Below are positions 1 through 14,057 of a DNA stretch of 46,050 nucleotides, piece after piece. This stretch comes from Sphaeroforma arctica JP610 (lineage: Eukaryota), in contig NW_014040199.1 of the NCBI RefSeq assembly GCF_001186125.1, positions 1 to 46,050 of the forward strand, written 5' to 3'. The notes beneath the pieces are model-generated. The model searched no databases, had not been told where the DNA came from, and was given only the letters and a program-made list of their open reading frames with translations. Numbering within the stretch: position 1 is the stretch's first letter; each line of letters starts with the position of its first letter. The position numbers and the translations under genes are program-made.

Positions 1-9
1 GTACAGTTT

Positions 10-2677
10 TCAGGTGAGCATAGATTCTGTACAGGAAGCGCAGTATGGTTTGTCGTGGGCCCAGGCGGGTTGCGTCAGAGGGTTGAGTGGATTTGTGCTG
101 GCCATTGAGTCGAGTTGTATTCCCAGGCAACCTTCGAAGTAGTCCCCGAATGGTCGCGCGGGGAGCAGGCCACAAAAGCGGAGTACGGTTGTTTGATGTT
201 TGGGAAACCTAGGGTATTTAGTGCCCGTAATGATGGCTGCAGCTTGGATGAGTGCTGAGTTATAGCGCTCGAACAGGGGGTCCAACGCATCCTTCGATGT
301 AGGCGGAGCCCAGGCAATAATGTTCAGGCCATATTTAGCCGTGGATAGGATGAATGTTTTGAACAGCACCATTCGGTTGAGGGGGTGTCGCCAGCTGAAG
401 TCATGGAAGCCATAAGCGCGGAAAGAGGCGATACCCAGAGACAATGCTGCAACCAGGGATTCCATATGTCTGGCGAGGTTGATCCCTGGTATTCCGTGAG
501 AGAGTGCGAACCCCAGATATTTGGAGCGTTTCGGCGGGCGTCATCTTCAGGGGGAGGTAACGTGTGTTCTAAGGTGCGTCTGCGAGCGTCGGGGTGATAT
601 GCTCTCCATTTATACAGAGGGTTGGCGCCGCGTATCGCAAGTCGGTAGATCGCACTCGGGGTTTAATGACACCCTGTTCGAGGCCAGATTTGCGTCCCGA
701 CTCATCAATGTCGTTTAAAAAGGGCTGGAGCGGAGCCGGTTGGGGGGCTTAGATCCATGTGTCATCGACAAATAAATACAAGCGGAGGAGCTTGGGCCGA
801 AATTGTGCTAGCGTGACAGCTAAGGAATTTATGTAGATAATAAAGAGCTGGGGCCGACGATTGAGCCTTGTAGGATGCCATTTGTTCTATGGAATAGAGT
901 CGAGAGCATGCAGCGGTATGTCACTCGGGTAGGGACCCTCTGAAATAGCGCCCAGAGGCAGTTGATACACTTTTCGGGCATCCCAGCGTGGTGCAGGAGT
1001 ACCCATATGCGTGGGAGAGCAACTTTGTCGTATGCCTTGGTAATGTACAGACAGACGTCGTTCCACTCCTCTTCTGACTGTGTCTCAGATTCCATGGCGG
1101 CGAGTGCTTGGGTATGACAGGAGTACCGTGATTTGAAGCCAGCTTGGGTAGCATGGGTAGCAGAGCCGGGGTGGCTCGTAATCAGCTTAAGAAAGCACCT
1201 TTCAAAGATGAATCTGACTATTTGCGTAAGCGTGATAGGGCGGAAATCGGCAGGGGAAGTGATATCGGCATCGGCTTTCTTTGGGGGCGCTGTCAGAAGG
1301 CTGCATTTCAGGGCTGCAGGGAAAGTACCCGCATTCAGTAGCTCAGTGAATACTTCGGCAAGGAGTCTAATCAGTGGGCTATTGACGTCGGGGCGTCCTA
1401 ATGTCCTGCGTTCGGCGAATCGATTCACTGCGGCCTTGGGGAGGAGCCTCACTGGGATAGCGTAGCATAGCATCCATTACATCGTCGGGGCGTATGGTGG
1501 AAATGCCATCGGGCGAGGGTTCGGTATCCGGTGGGACCACGTACGGGTTTGTAGAGTTGAATAGGTCCTCAAAGTAGCCAGCGAGGGTGGCGCCTGTGTC
1601 ATCGACACCCGCTATGCAGGGTTGGCGCGGAGACCGTTGTTGGTACGCAATATCTTTGAACATTTGAGCATTCCTTTAGGCGGTCAGCCGTGGGCGGAAC
1701 GAGTGGTTTGGCAGCCGCTGAACCCAGGGTCTGTGTAAGTCATAGTAGAACCCCCCGAATACTTGTGGGTTAGCTGCATAGCGTCAGATGCGGTCGAGGA
1801 TCCGTAACAGCCCTTCCGCTGGTCCGTACAAAGTGAGATACGACCGTAGTAGGTTCTGATGCGCCCGGATTTCGGCTTGGAATAGTCGCGTGCGGAATTT
1901 GTTGCATAGGTGATACAGTCGATGGCGGTATTGGTTTATATCCACAAGAGAGGGGGGGTGTTGATCCGGAGGCGGCGGCATTGTTGACATTTGTTGGGGC
2001 CGATGGATTTGATTCGTTGGAAGTATCTGGAGATCGAGTCCAAAGGTGTGATCACCACAGATACCGTAGTCCGTCAGCTTATAGGTCTGGAGGGAGGCGG
2101 GGGTGGTAGGCCGATGATACGCATGTTCTGTACCAGCATAGAGGTAGTCCAAGTGCCACATATTACGCAGGGTAGTCTCGATCATTTTCATACGTAGTCC
2201 GTGATTTGTATATGCGAGGCCATACTTCCGGGCTTTGAAGTTGAAATCTCCCCAAACGACATCTGGTTGGAAATTGCCAATATCGGGAGGATTCATGTAT
2301 CGCCTGACGTCTTCTTCAGTAAGTGATTTGAGTGGAAGGTAGAACACGGCCATATCAACGCCAAAGCACTCAAAGAACACCGCGTACGGCGAAGAGTGTA
2401 CAAGTTGAAAATTCGATGGGTGGTGTTTGGAAAAAATGCCAATACCACAGTGTGAGGGGTATAAGATATTATGCCGTGTAATGTGATGTCGAATACGGTA
2501 GTATGTGTTCGAGCGTATATGATTAAGAAATTTGGTGTTATGTCAGGTTTCAACCACACACATAGCATCACTCTGACTTAAAATCGATATAACGTTCAAA
2601 CACTTATATGTACGTGCTGCGTTGTCCATGTTGAGTCCTTGTGGGATGAAAAGCGTCATCCTCATTGGTCCTAACAT
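10..2677 (-). pseudogene. LINE ORF2 (APE-RT), disrupted
   Basis: Manual translation from ATG at 2677: MLGPMRMTLFIPQGLN...DAMCVVET* (APE start and ETW motif with W>stop), VWGDFN, LDYL, GDH (APE). RT motifs: ADFRPITL, QAGFK, ITKAYDKV, GILQGSIVGP, then after a frameshift YLFVDD (761-778). Confidence 0.9.
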
Positions 2678-2732
2678 TGTTCAATCTCGGTCAACACTAC
2701 TGGGCTCTCATCCTTATCGATGTCAGCCATTT

Positions 2733-3330
2733 CTATATCGTTGCCTGTCTTCGAAGAGTCTGTCGTGGAAGGTTGAGGCTGCGTATTGGTAACCATCGTG
2801 TCGGATGATTGTGTCGGGAAGACCGTTGGTACATGAAGTCGTCCGGGTGGCGTACGCGCTGGTTTCTTAGCGTTTGCCGGGATTCACGGATTAGGTGAGA
2901 AGAGGTTTGCATCATGTTTTGCTTGGTAAGCCTTTTGGAGACGGTCCGTGGTAGATTGGAGGATGTCTGCGATAGTGGAGTTGACAAGTGGGCTCAGTAG
3001 TGCATCCATGCTGCGGGCAAGAATCTTCGGCGCTCGTTCATGTGTGCAGCGGGCCTCCCGCTTGGTGCGGAGATAGTGGATTAGGGCTGATTTCGTAGCG
3101 TCAGGATGTTGTTGGGAGCGGGGGTCGATGTTTTCATCAAGTTGCCATTTCCACGTAAGTGCTGCATGTCGTTTTACCTGGGCGACAGCGTCGCTAGGAA
3201 CACAAGGGCGGACGAAACTGAAGGAGCTTCCGCGGTGATTTGGTTGAGATACCGGTTTAGACGGGAGATACCAGAGAAAGTGGTGGCGATTGAGGAGTGG
3301 ATGGGCATGTCAGTATTTTTCAAATACTGA
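2733..3330 (-). pseudogene. Probable LINE ORF1 remnant
   Basis: Coding-like frame (QVKRHAALTWKWQLDENIDPRSQQHPDATKSALIHYLRTKREAR...) directly upstream of ORF2 in the same GC-rich block; no diagnostic motif recognised. Confidence 0.4.
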
Positions 3331-3802
3331 TCGGGATGGAGGCTTGCCGTTAGGGAGTCTACATACGGCGTTCAGAAGGATAGATACCTAGCACATGAGT
3401 GCGCGGTACTGATGTACAATATTTAAATAAAGGATTGCATGTGGTCGAATTAATATATCTCCGAATTTGTAGGCTATCTAGTTCATGCTAAGTGTGCCGC
3501 TACTTGCGAACGATACCAGCCAGACAAAATTTACAAATAGGAATGGCAGGCTCCCTACACAAGTGATTGTTTATCTGCTAAAACGTTAACTATAGCAACG
3601 TGAATGAATCTTATCATAGTCGTGAATATGGGCTATAACTATGTGTTATATTAATTTACTGCCACTGATAAAACCAAAGGATCAGAAGGGTAAACATATT
3701 AATACTATTACTATACTAAAAACAACTGTTGAGATTTCTGGCGATTTGATGTGCAAACCAAACAATACCGTACACTAAATTGTATTGTAATTTTATTGAT
3801 CA

Positions 3803-6800
3803 TTATTGATATACATCAGTGTCTAAATCATCATTAGTTTCACTTTTCAGTTCAATAGAGTCACCAGCATTTGAATGATTACGTACAAGCTCCCCGTGCT
3901 CATTTAAGGTGTCGGTCATATACGCCTATTGTGAAGGTGAGAATTTTGACAACATGAGATAAAACAAGACTCGGATTGAGCTCAGCGATTTAAAGAAAAC
4001 AGCGCTACTAACAGAACCCCATGTATTACTAGAACAAATATACTTACAGTATAGACAGCGTGTAAAGTCAGACACCACACTATTTAAATTCCATAGTCCA
4101 TACTAATACAAGAAAATGAATTTCATTCTCTATATACATATAAAACGCGAACGCCAATATTTAGTTAGTAAGTTCATCATACTAACTTCCGCAAAAATCC
4201 CATCGAATTTGTGAAGGTTTACGTCTAGGCAGACAATAATGCAAACTGCAAGAATACTGAAAAATGACATAAATAGTATAAGAGATATCTTCAACACGAG
4301 CGGTGCGTGCACAAACCAAATAGCACAAGTGTTCGTAATAATTCGTGCAAGGCTGCAATTGAAGTTACATATTAGCAACTTGTAGATTCATAAATACAAA
4401 AAGGTTCTTGTAAATAAAACCCTTATATTCAGAATGTACACATGTAAGCTCGCATCTGACATAAGAAACACCAGCATAGAATGTAGACATACTTACCTCC
4501 AATGATTCATCATCGATTTTGTGATATCAAATACTCACATAAAGACTCGGAGTGTATGATATTGCATGGTATATACAAACTCGAACATACATACGTGACG
4601 CATGCTGATATGATTAGAGTTTGTTTTTAACAACATAAAGGAATCAAAGAGGTGTTTTGGCGGCCCTCAATATGAACGGTAATTGCTAGAAAATAAGGTA
4701 CGTGTAAAACTTCATACGTGAGATGATCTATTTGTACAAATCTTGGCCCCTCTCACACACATGTATTCAGAAGGGCTCCTCCAAGCACGGCAGGCAATTC
4801 TTAATTCAACGAATGAAGTAAACTACAAAACATCGGCGAGTTCGCAATCTACCGCAACGCTAGTCGCAACCAGATTAACTTAGGGCGATAAACGCTCGCT
4901 TCAATAATGGGTCGATATTGAGATCAAATATGAGTCGCCACAGTATAAAATAACTTACATCGGGCAGCAGAACGAAAGTTAACGGAATGCACATCAAGGG
5001 AAGCACCATATGGGATATCACTATCAGAGTAGTGAGGTGGGTAAAATCGCATGGAATCTGCGTGCGGATGTCAAAGTAATTCATCATCGCCACTCCAATC
5101 GATGAGGACACAGTCTGTGAAGATAAGCCAATCAGCAATGTAAGAATAGCCACCTTTACTGGTGACAAAGATGGATACTTCACCGCAGCTACTACTGCCA
5201 TTACCTGACTCACGACGGTTCTTGAAACAATTTGAAATCCCGCATCAAATACATATAATCAACGTTCACTCGTCGTACCTCTGCAAATTTGCACATGTGC
5301 AAATATTCATAGGCAAATGAAGATATATGCCATATCCCAGGTGACGCAGTGCGGAGGCATCAGAATATAGAGAGGAAAAGGAAACAATCACACCTGCCGG
5401 CACTCGCAGCCATAACTTAAAAAGACGCATCTCGTGAAAACTACATGTGAACGACAATGTTTGTGCGGTACATACACTCCCAAAGTTCTGAAATCCCGCC
5501 AGCAAGGCATAAACTGTCGACTCGATATTTTTAGGGCACATTTTGGTCGTTAGGACGACAGCCGCCATGAATTCGAGCATCCCTGAGTATCGATCAATAT
5601 TAATAGATGCAGGTCGATTAAAATAAGTGGTAATAGTTGCAATTTACCGTTCGGTGTGTTTATACACTCACTGCAAAGCTTGACATACCAGTAAAACTAT
5701 ATTGCACAATGATGCAATAGCAGTTTTGCACTCCCTGCATTCACTTCACCACAAACGCAATATCTTGTACTTGTGGAAATTGTAGTCGAGAGACACTACA
5801 TATGCAGGACATGCACTGCGCAATTCGTCATCGACATAATATTAAATAAGTAACCGGCGAATATGAGCATGAAAAAAAATTACATCCAAGTTAAAAATTC
5901 GATGGATTTAGTACAGAAAACCAACAACTTTCTTTTCTTAAAGTGTATCTTGATGCCATGCTAATTTCAGCGAAGCCGAATGAAACTGAAGAGGGTATAT
6001 GGCGAACATTTTGCGGACTCACATAAGATTGTCAGTACCAGGAGATTCGAGAATGAGGAGTGAGCGCATATACGAGTATACGAAGGTATCGCCTATGTAC
6101 ATAATATTCATCGTTTACAAAATAAGTATAGGCTATAATTTCAGTTTGTTATGCACAAGTGCACGCAGTGGACACGTTTTTTTTGACGTGCTGTCGTTGA
6201 ACGAGTCATCCTCGAAGCAGGGCGTTTCAAATTTGAAGCCATGATTGATGTGCAGTTATGCAATGAAGCCATACCTATCACCTGTGGGGTTCGGATGGGG
6301 TCGAATGTGTGTCTTGATGAGTTGCCCCTCAATTCATAGCAGAAAACACAATATGACGATGTATAACAGCTCAAGTATTGCTAAAACTTTACATCATAGA
6401 TATGTACATTGGTTAGTAATGTCATGACAACACAGTATAGCAGTTTAATGCCTTACACCCCCCCCTTCCCCCTCCCCCACCCCCCGGGGCGTCAGTGAAC
6501 CATTCATTAAACACTCGAACTAAGTCAAGGTGTACGTTCACAATGCGTGGCTATGGTTCATTACAAACTATTAAAAGAATCGACGATATAGACAGGTGTA
6601 GCAAATCGTGTTTAGTCAGACAATGGCTATTTCTAACCAAACAACTATGCACTATCAAATAGTGCCTCGAAGGTTCAACCCTAACAAACTCAAACTACAA
6701 AAAACTATATCGTACATGTGCCTGCAGCTCAACAAAGACACGTATAGTATTACAAGAAAGAGTGTAAACTCAGCATCAAAACCATAAGCTTACGAGAACG

Positions 6801-9800
6801 ACACTATCGAGCACACATGACAAATCTATAATACTATTATACATTTTTGCCATTGTTAAAGCTTCTTCTTGCACGAATAAGCGTCTCACTTTCACTACAA
6901 ACCTGGTAGAGAGAATTATAGCCGACCATGTACATCATCTTGTCTGATATCCCTATAATCTAAAAGATGTTTTAAAAGGAAGCACGTGATTAGTACTTAT
7001 AAAGCCCAATCAGTTCGTTGGCACAAACACGTCAGGTATAAGCGATATATACAAGGGAAACCCCTATGTTAGATTGAATTTTTACAAAAATATAGCACGG
7101 AAGTCTCATTTGTCAACATTTTAAGAAATGCACAACTGCGGTTGAAAAGTCACACAAATTCAGGCCCAAGCAAACATTTCAATCTTTACGATAAATAGTG
7201 AGAGCACCGGTGTACCAAATTCCATCGGTTCACTATGATGATATCCACCGTAGCAGCAACCCCTCGAAGCAATACTGTCACCCAGAACACTCTTCGGAAT
7301 GGCCAGTGTGACAGGAAGGTCTGGAAAAAGAGTACGCCCACCGCACCAAACACCGATTGTGCTATGGACGACCATGTGTAATAGTAGACGTCGTCGAACT
7401 GGGGACCACCCGGATTACACTCTGTGGCATATGAAAATAATAGATCATATTGAAAGAACATTATTAGATCCGTTTGTATCAGGTATCTACATGACAATTA
7501 CATACTCTTAGATATAGACAATATGACAGATTTGATTGGATGTTCATCTGAATCGAAAGTGATACTATCCTTCTTTAATATCCACTGTCAAAAGGTAGAC
7601 ATATTAGATCATCTTCATATCGAGCGGCAACAATTAGAAACAGAAACAAACATGGGCATAATCTCAATGTCGATATCATACAATCTATTGGTGCCTATAA
7701 TACCTTTATCGGCCAGGTAAAAGTAGTCCAGAGCACCTCCCAGGTTGATATAACTAGCGGCTAGCAGGAACTGTAAAGAATCGATAGCATGTTCAAACAC
7801 TGCATAGGTGTTGGATGGCTGTTGATATAATGCCCAGTACTTTACAAATGGTGTTCACCTTTGAGCTGAGCCATGATCGTGATGCTCTGCAATAAGCATT
7901 CCAAGATGCAATTCGAAAACGCGACCAACAGTTCATATGCATCGTGACAACTTAGGAACAAACGGCCAAATGCTATTTATAACAGCTTCAGTGGCGTGAA
8001 ACTAGCAATAACGTATAAAATTTAGCAAATAAGTAGAACGAAGTGGGCTGGCGTATCAGGTCCGAATACCCAGTTAGTCTACATATAGTCTGGGCGAAAA
8101 GAATATAGGTTCACTGTTCTCTTGAGCTTGGTTCACAATATTCAACTCTGACTTCCCTGCTCATTTTGCAAACAGCCAACATCACGCCGTCATGTTTCCA
8201 AAATGTGGCATGAGGAAAGTACGATTAAGAAATTCCACATACTACTATGACATTTGCAAAAATATATCATACCAAGAATAAATTGCTGAGCGCGAGATTG
8301 CGAGGCATCACACTGAAGGAGGCTACAACCATTAATGTAGAACTGGTCAGCGCGTAACTGTAATAGATTGAAAAGCGTATTGGTATATGATATATTTTGT
8401 ATCACATACACGCACTACCAATCCAAGTAGCTCAAGATCGGTGCATGATGCAAATTGCACTTCCACTGATCAAACAAGTATGCGTTATTTATATAATCAA
8501 TAGAATTCGACGCATATCGGGAAAAATCATACGCTCGCACAATGTAACTTTGAGACGAAAACCCCGTTGTAGTTAAGTACGAAAAGCGAGCATGTAATCA
8601 GGCTCTTTAAAAGTGTCATCGACACGAAATAGTTAAGCCCGAACTATAACAAACCAATAAAGGATATTTTCTCGTCGATGTGATATTACTGAACGACCAA
8701 CGGCGGACAGAGAATACACTAACAGGATAGATTCACAACATACACAAGCGTCAAAGGTTCGTAGGCTATCATATTGCAGATCCCTAAGCCCATTGCTGCA
8801 ACAGCCATTCCGATTGCCAGTAACAAAATCTTTTTATGTTTTAACATTTTCCCGATCTGTGGACCTCTACTGTTCTTTGGGAGTCGTTTCTCGGGCAGGT
8901 AACCCAGAAGTGTAGGTATCGCGACTTGAGCTGTCATGTATAATTGCAAAGAAATGTAAGTCAATGCGTGAAACAAAGGTGACTATATCAAATGCTACCC
9001 GCGGCGATTCACTGAAAAGTAGATAAAATTTTGTCGGGTTTAAAACTAGCCACGTATGCGCGCTTTCTTTAAATAAATCCTTTGTCAGGAATACTATTTC
9101 ATTTGGCTAAGAAACTATCATGCCAGTACTGCGATGCAAGCTTCACTAGGATGATTGCTCGCTAAAGTAGCGGTAGCGTTTCAGCATACCGCACCATCGT
9201 CCAGAGTTAAAGTAGCACTACTGAACGCCATATGAAGAAGAAGTACCAAGGTACATACCTGCTATTGGAACGCAGATGATGAACATTCCACGAATGTAGC
9301 CAGCCTTCGCTAGTGGTCCGACGACTAGTGCCGCAAGCAAACCTCCGCTATGCACCATGGTCCAAACCCTAATCAAAACAGTAAGTAAAGTACGCTCTAG
9401 CGGTTGTTGTTCTAAATTCATCTCTTGCTATGTGCAGACAGGGGGGTAAACAGCATCTATTTGCTATTCACTAGTACTGCCAAAAGACACACGGTGTGTG
9501 AGCAAGTCTATCAGGCTTTTACGATAATGCTAGAGTATAATTCCGATGGATGAAAGTTTCGAATTGCAAGCTCTCCGTATACACGGCTATGATAGAAAGG
9601 TGGGTTAACCGAGCAGGGTAAGTTATTCATCCCAGAATACAATAAGATCACCCACACAGTTCATACCACGTGACAATGTCAGAGCCGGAGAAAGCAAATT
9701 TGCTCATAATCGCAGCATACGCGCCCTCGCATAGCAGGTCGACCAGCGCCATCTCAAAGTGTACCATCATAAACATGAGTGCCGCAATCCACTCCTGTCC

Positions 9801-12275
9801 TTCAGACAGCTGAACGGTGGACAATAGAAGAAAGGCCACCGTGCCTACCACCGAGGCCATAACTATGCGAGATAAAAATATGGGCAACCAGTAAACAATG
9901 ATATATGGAGATACAAAATGGACATCAAGCATCTGAATGGCAGTGCAGTCGTCAAAGTGCATATATTGCAAAATTAAAGCGCTGCAGAAAAAATCACACT
10001 CAAGAGTAAGGATGTATTGCAGGAAGTGATGTAGATGAACACTCCGATTAATATGATCCCATTCCGCACTATTTTTTTTCAAGAGTATCACTGCACAACT
10101 ACAGCTAGCGAATCCGTAGTGGTTATATTGCTCACGCCAATGCAGAATGGTCCCAGTCACAAATATCCATTGTAGAAGAGATAAATGGAGATAGGCTCTA
10201 GAGACACACCTATGTAGTATCGTTTAAAATAACCGGCGATAGGTATCGAGTCGCTGATGGCTCCCATCAAAGCCTAGCGGAAGAGTGAAACAAAAATCAG
10301 TTTTCTGTGAGTTAGACAATATCATATATTCAATAGAGGTACAGCACATTTATGTGCGATACATGACGCGGCTATTTCACAGAACTAGCTATCCTCAATA
10401 AATGAATACATGACTGTAATTCAGAGGTGTCAGAGGCTTGAACGAAGAATTTCAAACTACGATCCTAGGTTCCCAATTATTTTTTCTTCTAAAATTAAGT
10501 TACTACACAATCGGCGATAATCTTACTTTCATGGCCCACGGGGTCATTGCAGCTGTCCTGTACGCTTGATACTCTGAGCCGGACACCTTGAGATGTTCTT
10601 TCTACAAATATAAGAAATATAGTAACGACGACTTAAATGTGCAAAGGTGGCATTGTTGCTGTTGTTGACCAAAATTTTGAAACGCGACTTCATAAACATG
10701 CCAATCGTACGAAACAATAAAGTTCTACTGATCGCACGCATGAAAAATGCACATCATCGTAAAATTGAATTTTATCGTAATGAGAGCTGAATATTGTTCA
10801 CTATTCATTCCATTAAGGGCGCTGCAATAAAGGATAATACTGATTAAGATACACGCCCTGTGATGTCATTTATACACTTTGACTGAACTGCTCAGAAAAG
10901 ATACAGTCATACACAACATGGCATAAGTCTCGACAATTCATTAGAAAAAACTTACGAAATAGGGCAGCTGGCCAACACCGACAAAGGTACCAAGCGTTCC
11001 CTTGATGCCGAAATATACCGATGTCATCAGGATAACAAATCGCCAACCCACAGTCGAGTTTAATCTTCGAACATACGCAGTTGACGTTCGGATGGGAAGT
11101 TGTAGATAATCACAAACTCTCGGGCGGACGGGGAGCCTGTATCTCATTTTTGGGTAATTTTCTCGCAGTATATCTATCTGCTCTGTTTGACAAAAACGGA
11201 AATGATTTTAAAAACGATACTCATATGNNNNNNNNNNNNNNNNNNNNNNNNNNNNNNNNNNNNNNNNNNNNNNNNNNNNNNNNNNNNNNNNNNNNNNNNN
11301 NNNNNNNNNNNNNNNNNNNNNNNNNNNNNNNNNNNNNNNNNNNNNNNNNNNNNNNNNNNNNNNNNNNNNNNNNNNNNNNNNNNNNNNNNNNNNNNNNNNN
11401 NNNNNNNNNNNNNNNNNNNNNNNNNNNNNNNNNNNNNNNNNNNNNNNNNNNNNNNNNNNNNNNNNNNNNNNNNNNNNNNNNNNNNNNNNNNNNNNNNNNN
11501 NNNNNNNNNNNNNNNNNNNNNNNNNNNNNNNNNNNNNNNNNNNNNNNNNNNNNNNNNNNNNNNNNNNNNNNNNNNNNNNNNNNNNNNNNNNNNNNNNNNN
11601 NNNNNNNNNNNNNNNNNNNNNNNNNNNNNNNNNNNNNNNNNNNNNNNNNNNNNNNNNNNNNNNNNNNNNNNNNNNNNNNNNNNNNNNNNNNNNNNNNNNN
11701 NNNNNNNNNNNNNNNNNNNNNNNNNNNNNNNNNNNNNNNNNNNNNNNNNNNNNNNNNNNNNNNNNNNNNNNNNNNNNNNNNNNNNNNNNNNNNNNNNNNN
11801 NNNNNNNNNNNNNNNNNNNNNNNNNNNNNNNNNNNNNNNNNNNNNNNNNNNNNNNNNNNNNNNNNNNNNNNNNNNNNNNNNCATTTGCTGTATCGGATTG
11901 TATATTTTGATTTTTAGAGACATATGTGTGCTTGGGTAGGCATGCATAAATAACTATGTATATACATGCGCGCTTAGCACAACACCAACAGGTGTATACT
12001 TTTGCAACTGTATATTCTGCTACAGTCATGTCTATAGAGCATTTCGTCATATCGTGCAGTTCCCGAGTAGCAAACATTGCATACAGTTGGCATGCAGATC
12101 TTCATGTAATAAAGTTTTTAGCAACTCTCCATACTTCTCATACGGGTTTGAGTACATACCTGTCTGTATCGTCAAATAGTTCATCGTCGTTTATATCATC
12201 CAAACTATTTTTGCTATGAAGTCGTGCAATAATCAGATCTTCTTCGGCACTGCCGCCGAATAGGTGTTGATCCAT
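3803..12275 (-). CDS. BT1-family folate/biopterin transporter (MFS), at least 15 exons
   Basis: Phase-consistent GT-AG exons: 11182-10956, 10601-10527, 10273-10210, 9862-9667, 9368-9259, 8930-8744, 8357-8273, 7770-7704, 7421-7216, 6959-6903, 6281-6275, 5582-5476, 5114-4959, 3925-3803 (TAA). BT1-type motifs: TPWAMKALMGAISDSIPIAGY, DLLCEGAYA, GALDYFYLAD.ECNPGGPQF, KMCPKNIESTVYALLAGFQNFG. Likely first exon 12275-12160 (MDQHLFGG...) is phase 2 while the next visible acceptor is phase 1, so an exon is probably hidden in the N gap. Confidence 0.93.
6275..6281 (-). other. 7-nt coding microexon (GTGATAG) of the BT1 gene
   Basis: Minus strand reads ccccacag|GTGATAG|gtatgg. It bridges a phase-0 donor (exon ending 6903) to a phase-1 acceptor (exon starting 5582), giving YNSLYQ-VIG-MLEFM. 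Confidence 0.8.
11228..11881. other. Assembly gap (N run)
   Basis: 654 N bases; ORFs spanning it are artefacts. Confidence 1.
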
Positions 12276-12717
12276 AGTTCAATAATTCTAGTAATTTCAA
12301 AGAACACGTCCTGTTCGAAACGCTATGTTGGAGTGATGCGGCGCGTATGTATGTGCGACAAACCTTCTCAACTAAAGTAAATACTTAAAAATAGCCCTGT
12401 GTTCGTGTGACAGTTTGATTTGGGCAATCTATACGTACCAATCCCTCTGTACTAATTGTAAATAAAGTAGAGAAATTGATGACATATCAGCAAGCGATTT
12501 TTCATTGGCAGGCGATGGGAAGGGTCATGACGACGCGGGCTGCATTATTTATATGCTAGATAAACATCATTACAACAATGATCATTGATCAAGCTATTTA
12601 CATACCCTACAGTACACGAGTAAAAGACTAGTTGGGTAGCATTACATCACAGCGTCGTGTTGTTGCAAATCAAGTATGGCGATAGACTTCATTGATTTAT
12701 AGTCCGAGCACTTGATA
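12276..12717. promoter_or_regulatory. Probable bidirectional promoter region between BT1 and LicD-family genes
   Basis: Head-to-head start codons about 440 bp apart (12275 minus, 12718 plus). Positional inference only. Confidence 0.5.
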
Positions 12718-13849
12718 ATGGCGAGAATGTCGAAATACCCCATCTGGCGAACTACGCCATGGGCTACGCCAAGGACGAGTTTATGGCGATGTTTAGTTTG
12801 TTTAGGTATCCTCTTTGGGTTTCATTGGTTGAAGAGCATCGTCACGTACACTGATAGGAGAGCTCTCAAGGACGGACATGTGGCTGGTGCATTGTCAGCT
12901 TCTGTAGAGGCTATGAATACGGTAACAAACCATCTTGGTGTTCCTAATGCTGCCATCAACAGAGGTATTGTGAGAAATGTGTTTTATTTCTGTTGGTATT
13001 GGATCAATAATTTAACTACCTTCATTAATGTATATGTCACAACTGGATACATATGAACACGTCTATCAATTAATATTTACGCAGTTGCAATAATTGCTAG
13101 CTCCCTGCTAGTAGAATCCAACACGTGGTTATGAACTTACCATTCAAGTGACATAGGCTTCACTGTGGTGCTGGTATTGTTCTAAGAGTAGATAGCCGTA
13201 AGATGTCTCGAAGTTGACCAAAGGCGCTCTTTATCTGAGCAAGTTTGCGAGCTTACTATTCCTTTTGAAAACTTATGGATGATCTAGATCGATTATTGGT
13301 CAAATATTTCTACCTCTGTATATTATGTCAGCAATGATATATTGAACATATTCCTGTATGTTAGTACTTTATTAATCTGGACAGAATTATCTATAGAGAA
13401 CTGAAATATTATACACAAGCTCTTTAAAAAAATGATGAATGTCAGTGAATATGTATATAAAAAACGCCACAATAATCTAAAAATCACTCGATTTCGAAAT
13501 GACCAATACATCGAAAGACCAATACACCTTAGTATTTGAAGTGGTATATCTCCCGCGTTCTTCAAATTGTTGCTAATTTATAGCGCCTCTGCATCTCCTA
13601 TTTGTAAACCAACCAGAGGCAACCGATTTTCACTCGACGCAAGAGGAAGATGCGGTATCTCTTGCTCGTATCATGGGCCATAAAGTAATGACAGAGAATC
13701 TATCGTTGAGGTATTTCTTGACTATGAATGGTTGTTTCGAATTTGGATATTTTATTTTATTAAAAACCCTAATACTGGTTGTAGTTTCTACCGTTACTCG
13801 ATTGCTGTTTGATGTACTTGATAATTAATAGTACAGATATATATATATA

Positions 13850-13902
<53 letters not shown>

Positions 13903-13997
13903 GTGTGAGTAGTAGTGTATAAGAAGAGTAGTNNNNNNNNNNNNNNNNNNNNTTTACCGTTACGTACTACGTNTTGTGTNTATNTTATATATATAAC

Positions 13998-14057
<60 letters not shown>

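Larger units (their letters stand above)
1..3390 (-). mobile_element. Degenerate non-LTR retrotransposon (LINE, APE endonuclease + RT); runs off the window start
   Basis: Intronless block richer in GC than the flanking host DNA, carrying APE and RT motifs on the minus strand with frameshifts and stops. The 5' boundary (~3390) is estimated from the shift to AT-rich host sequence. Confidence 0.92.

Noticed and set aside
2655..2740. Plus-strand LVLTLFNLGQHYWALILIDV resembling a Ulp1/C48 protease motif
   Set aside because: It overlaps antisense with the start of LINE ORF2 (MRMTLFIPQGLN), has Y at the catalytic His position and no downstream Asp or Cys motifs; likely coincidental.
11081..12077. 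Four long ORFs (250-289 aa) in the ORF track
   Set aside because: They consist of X residues from the N gap.
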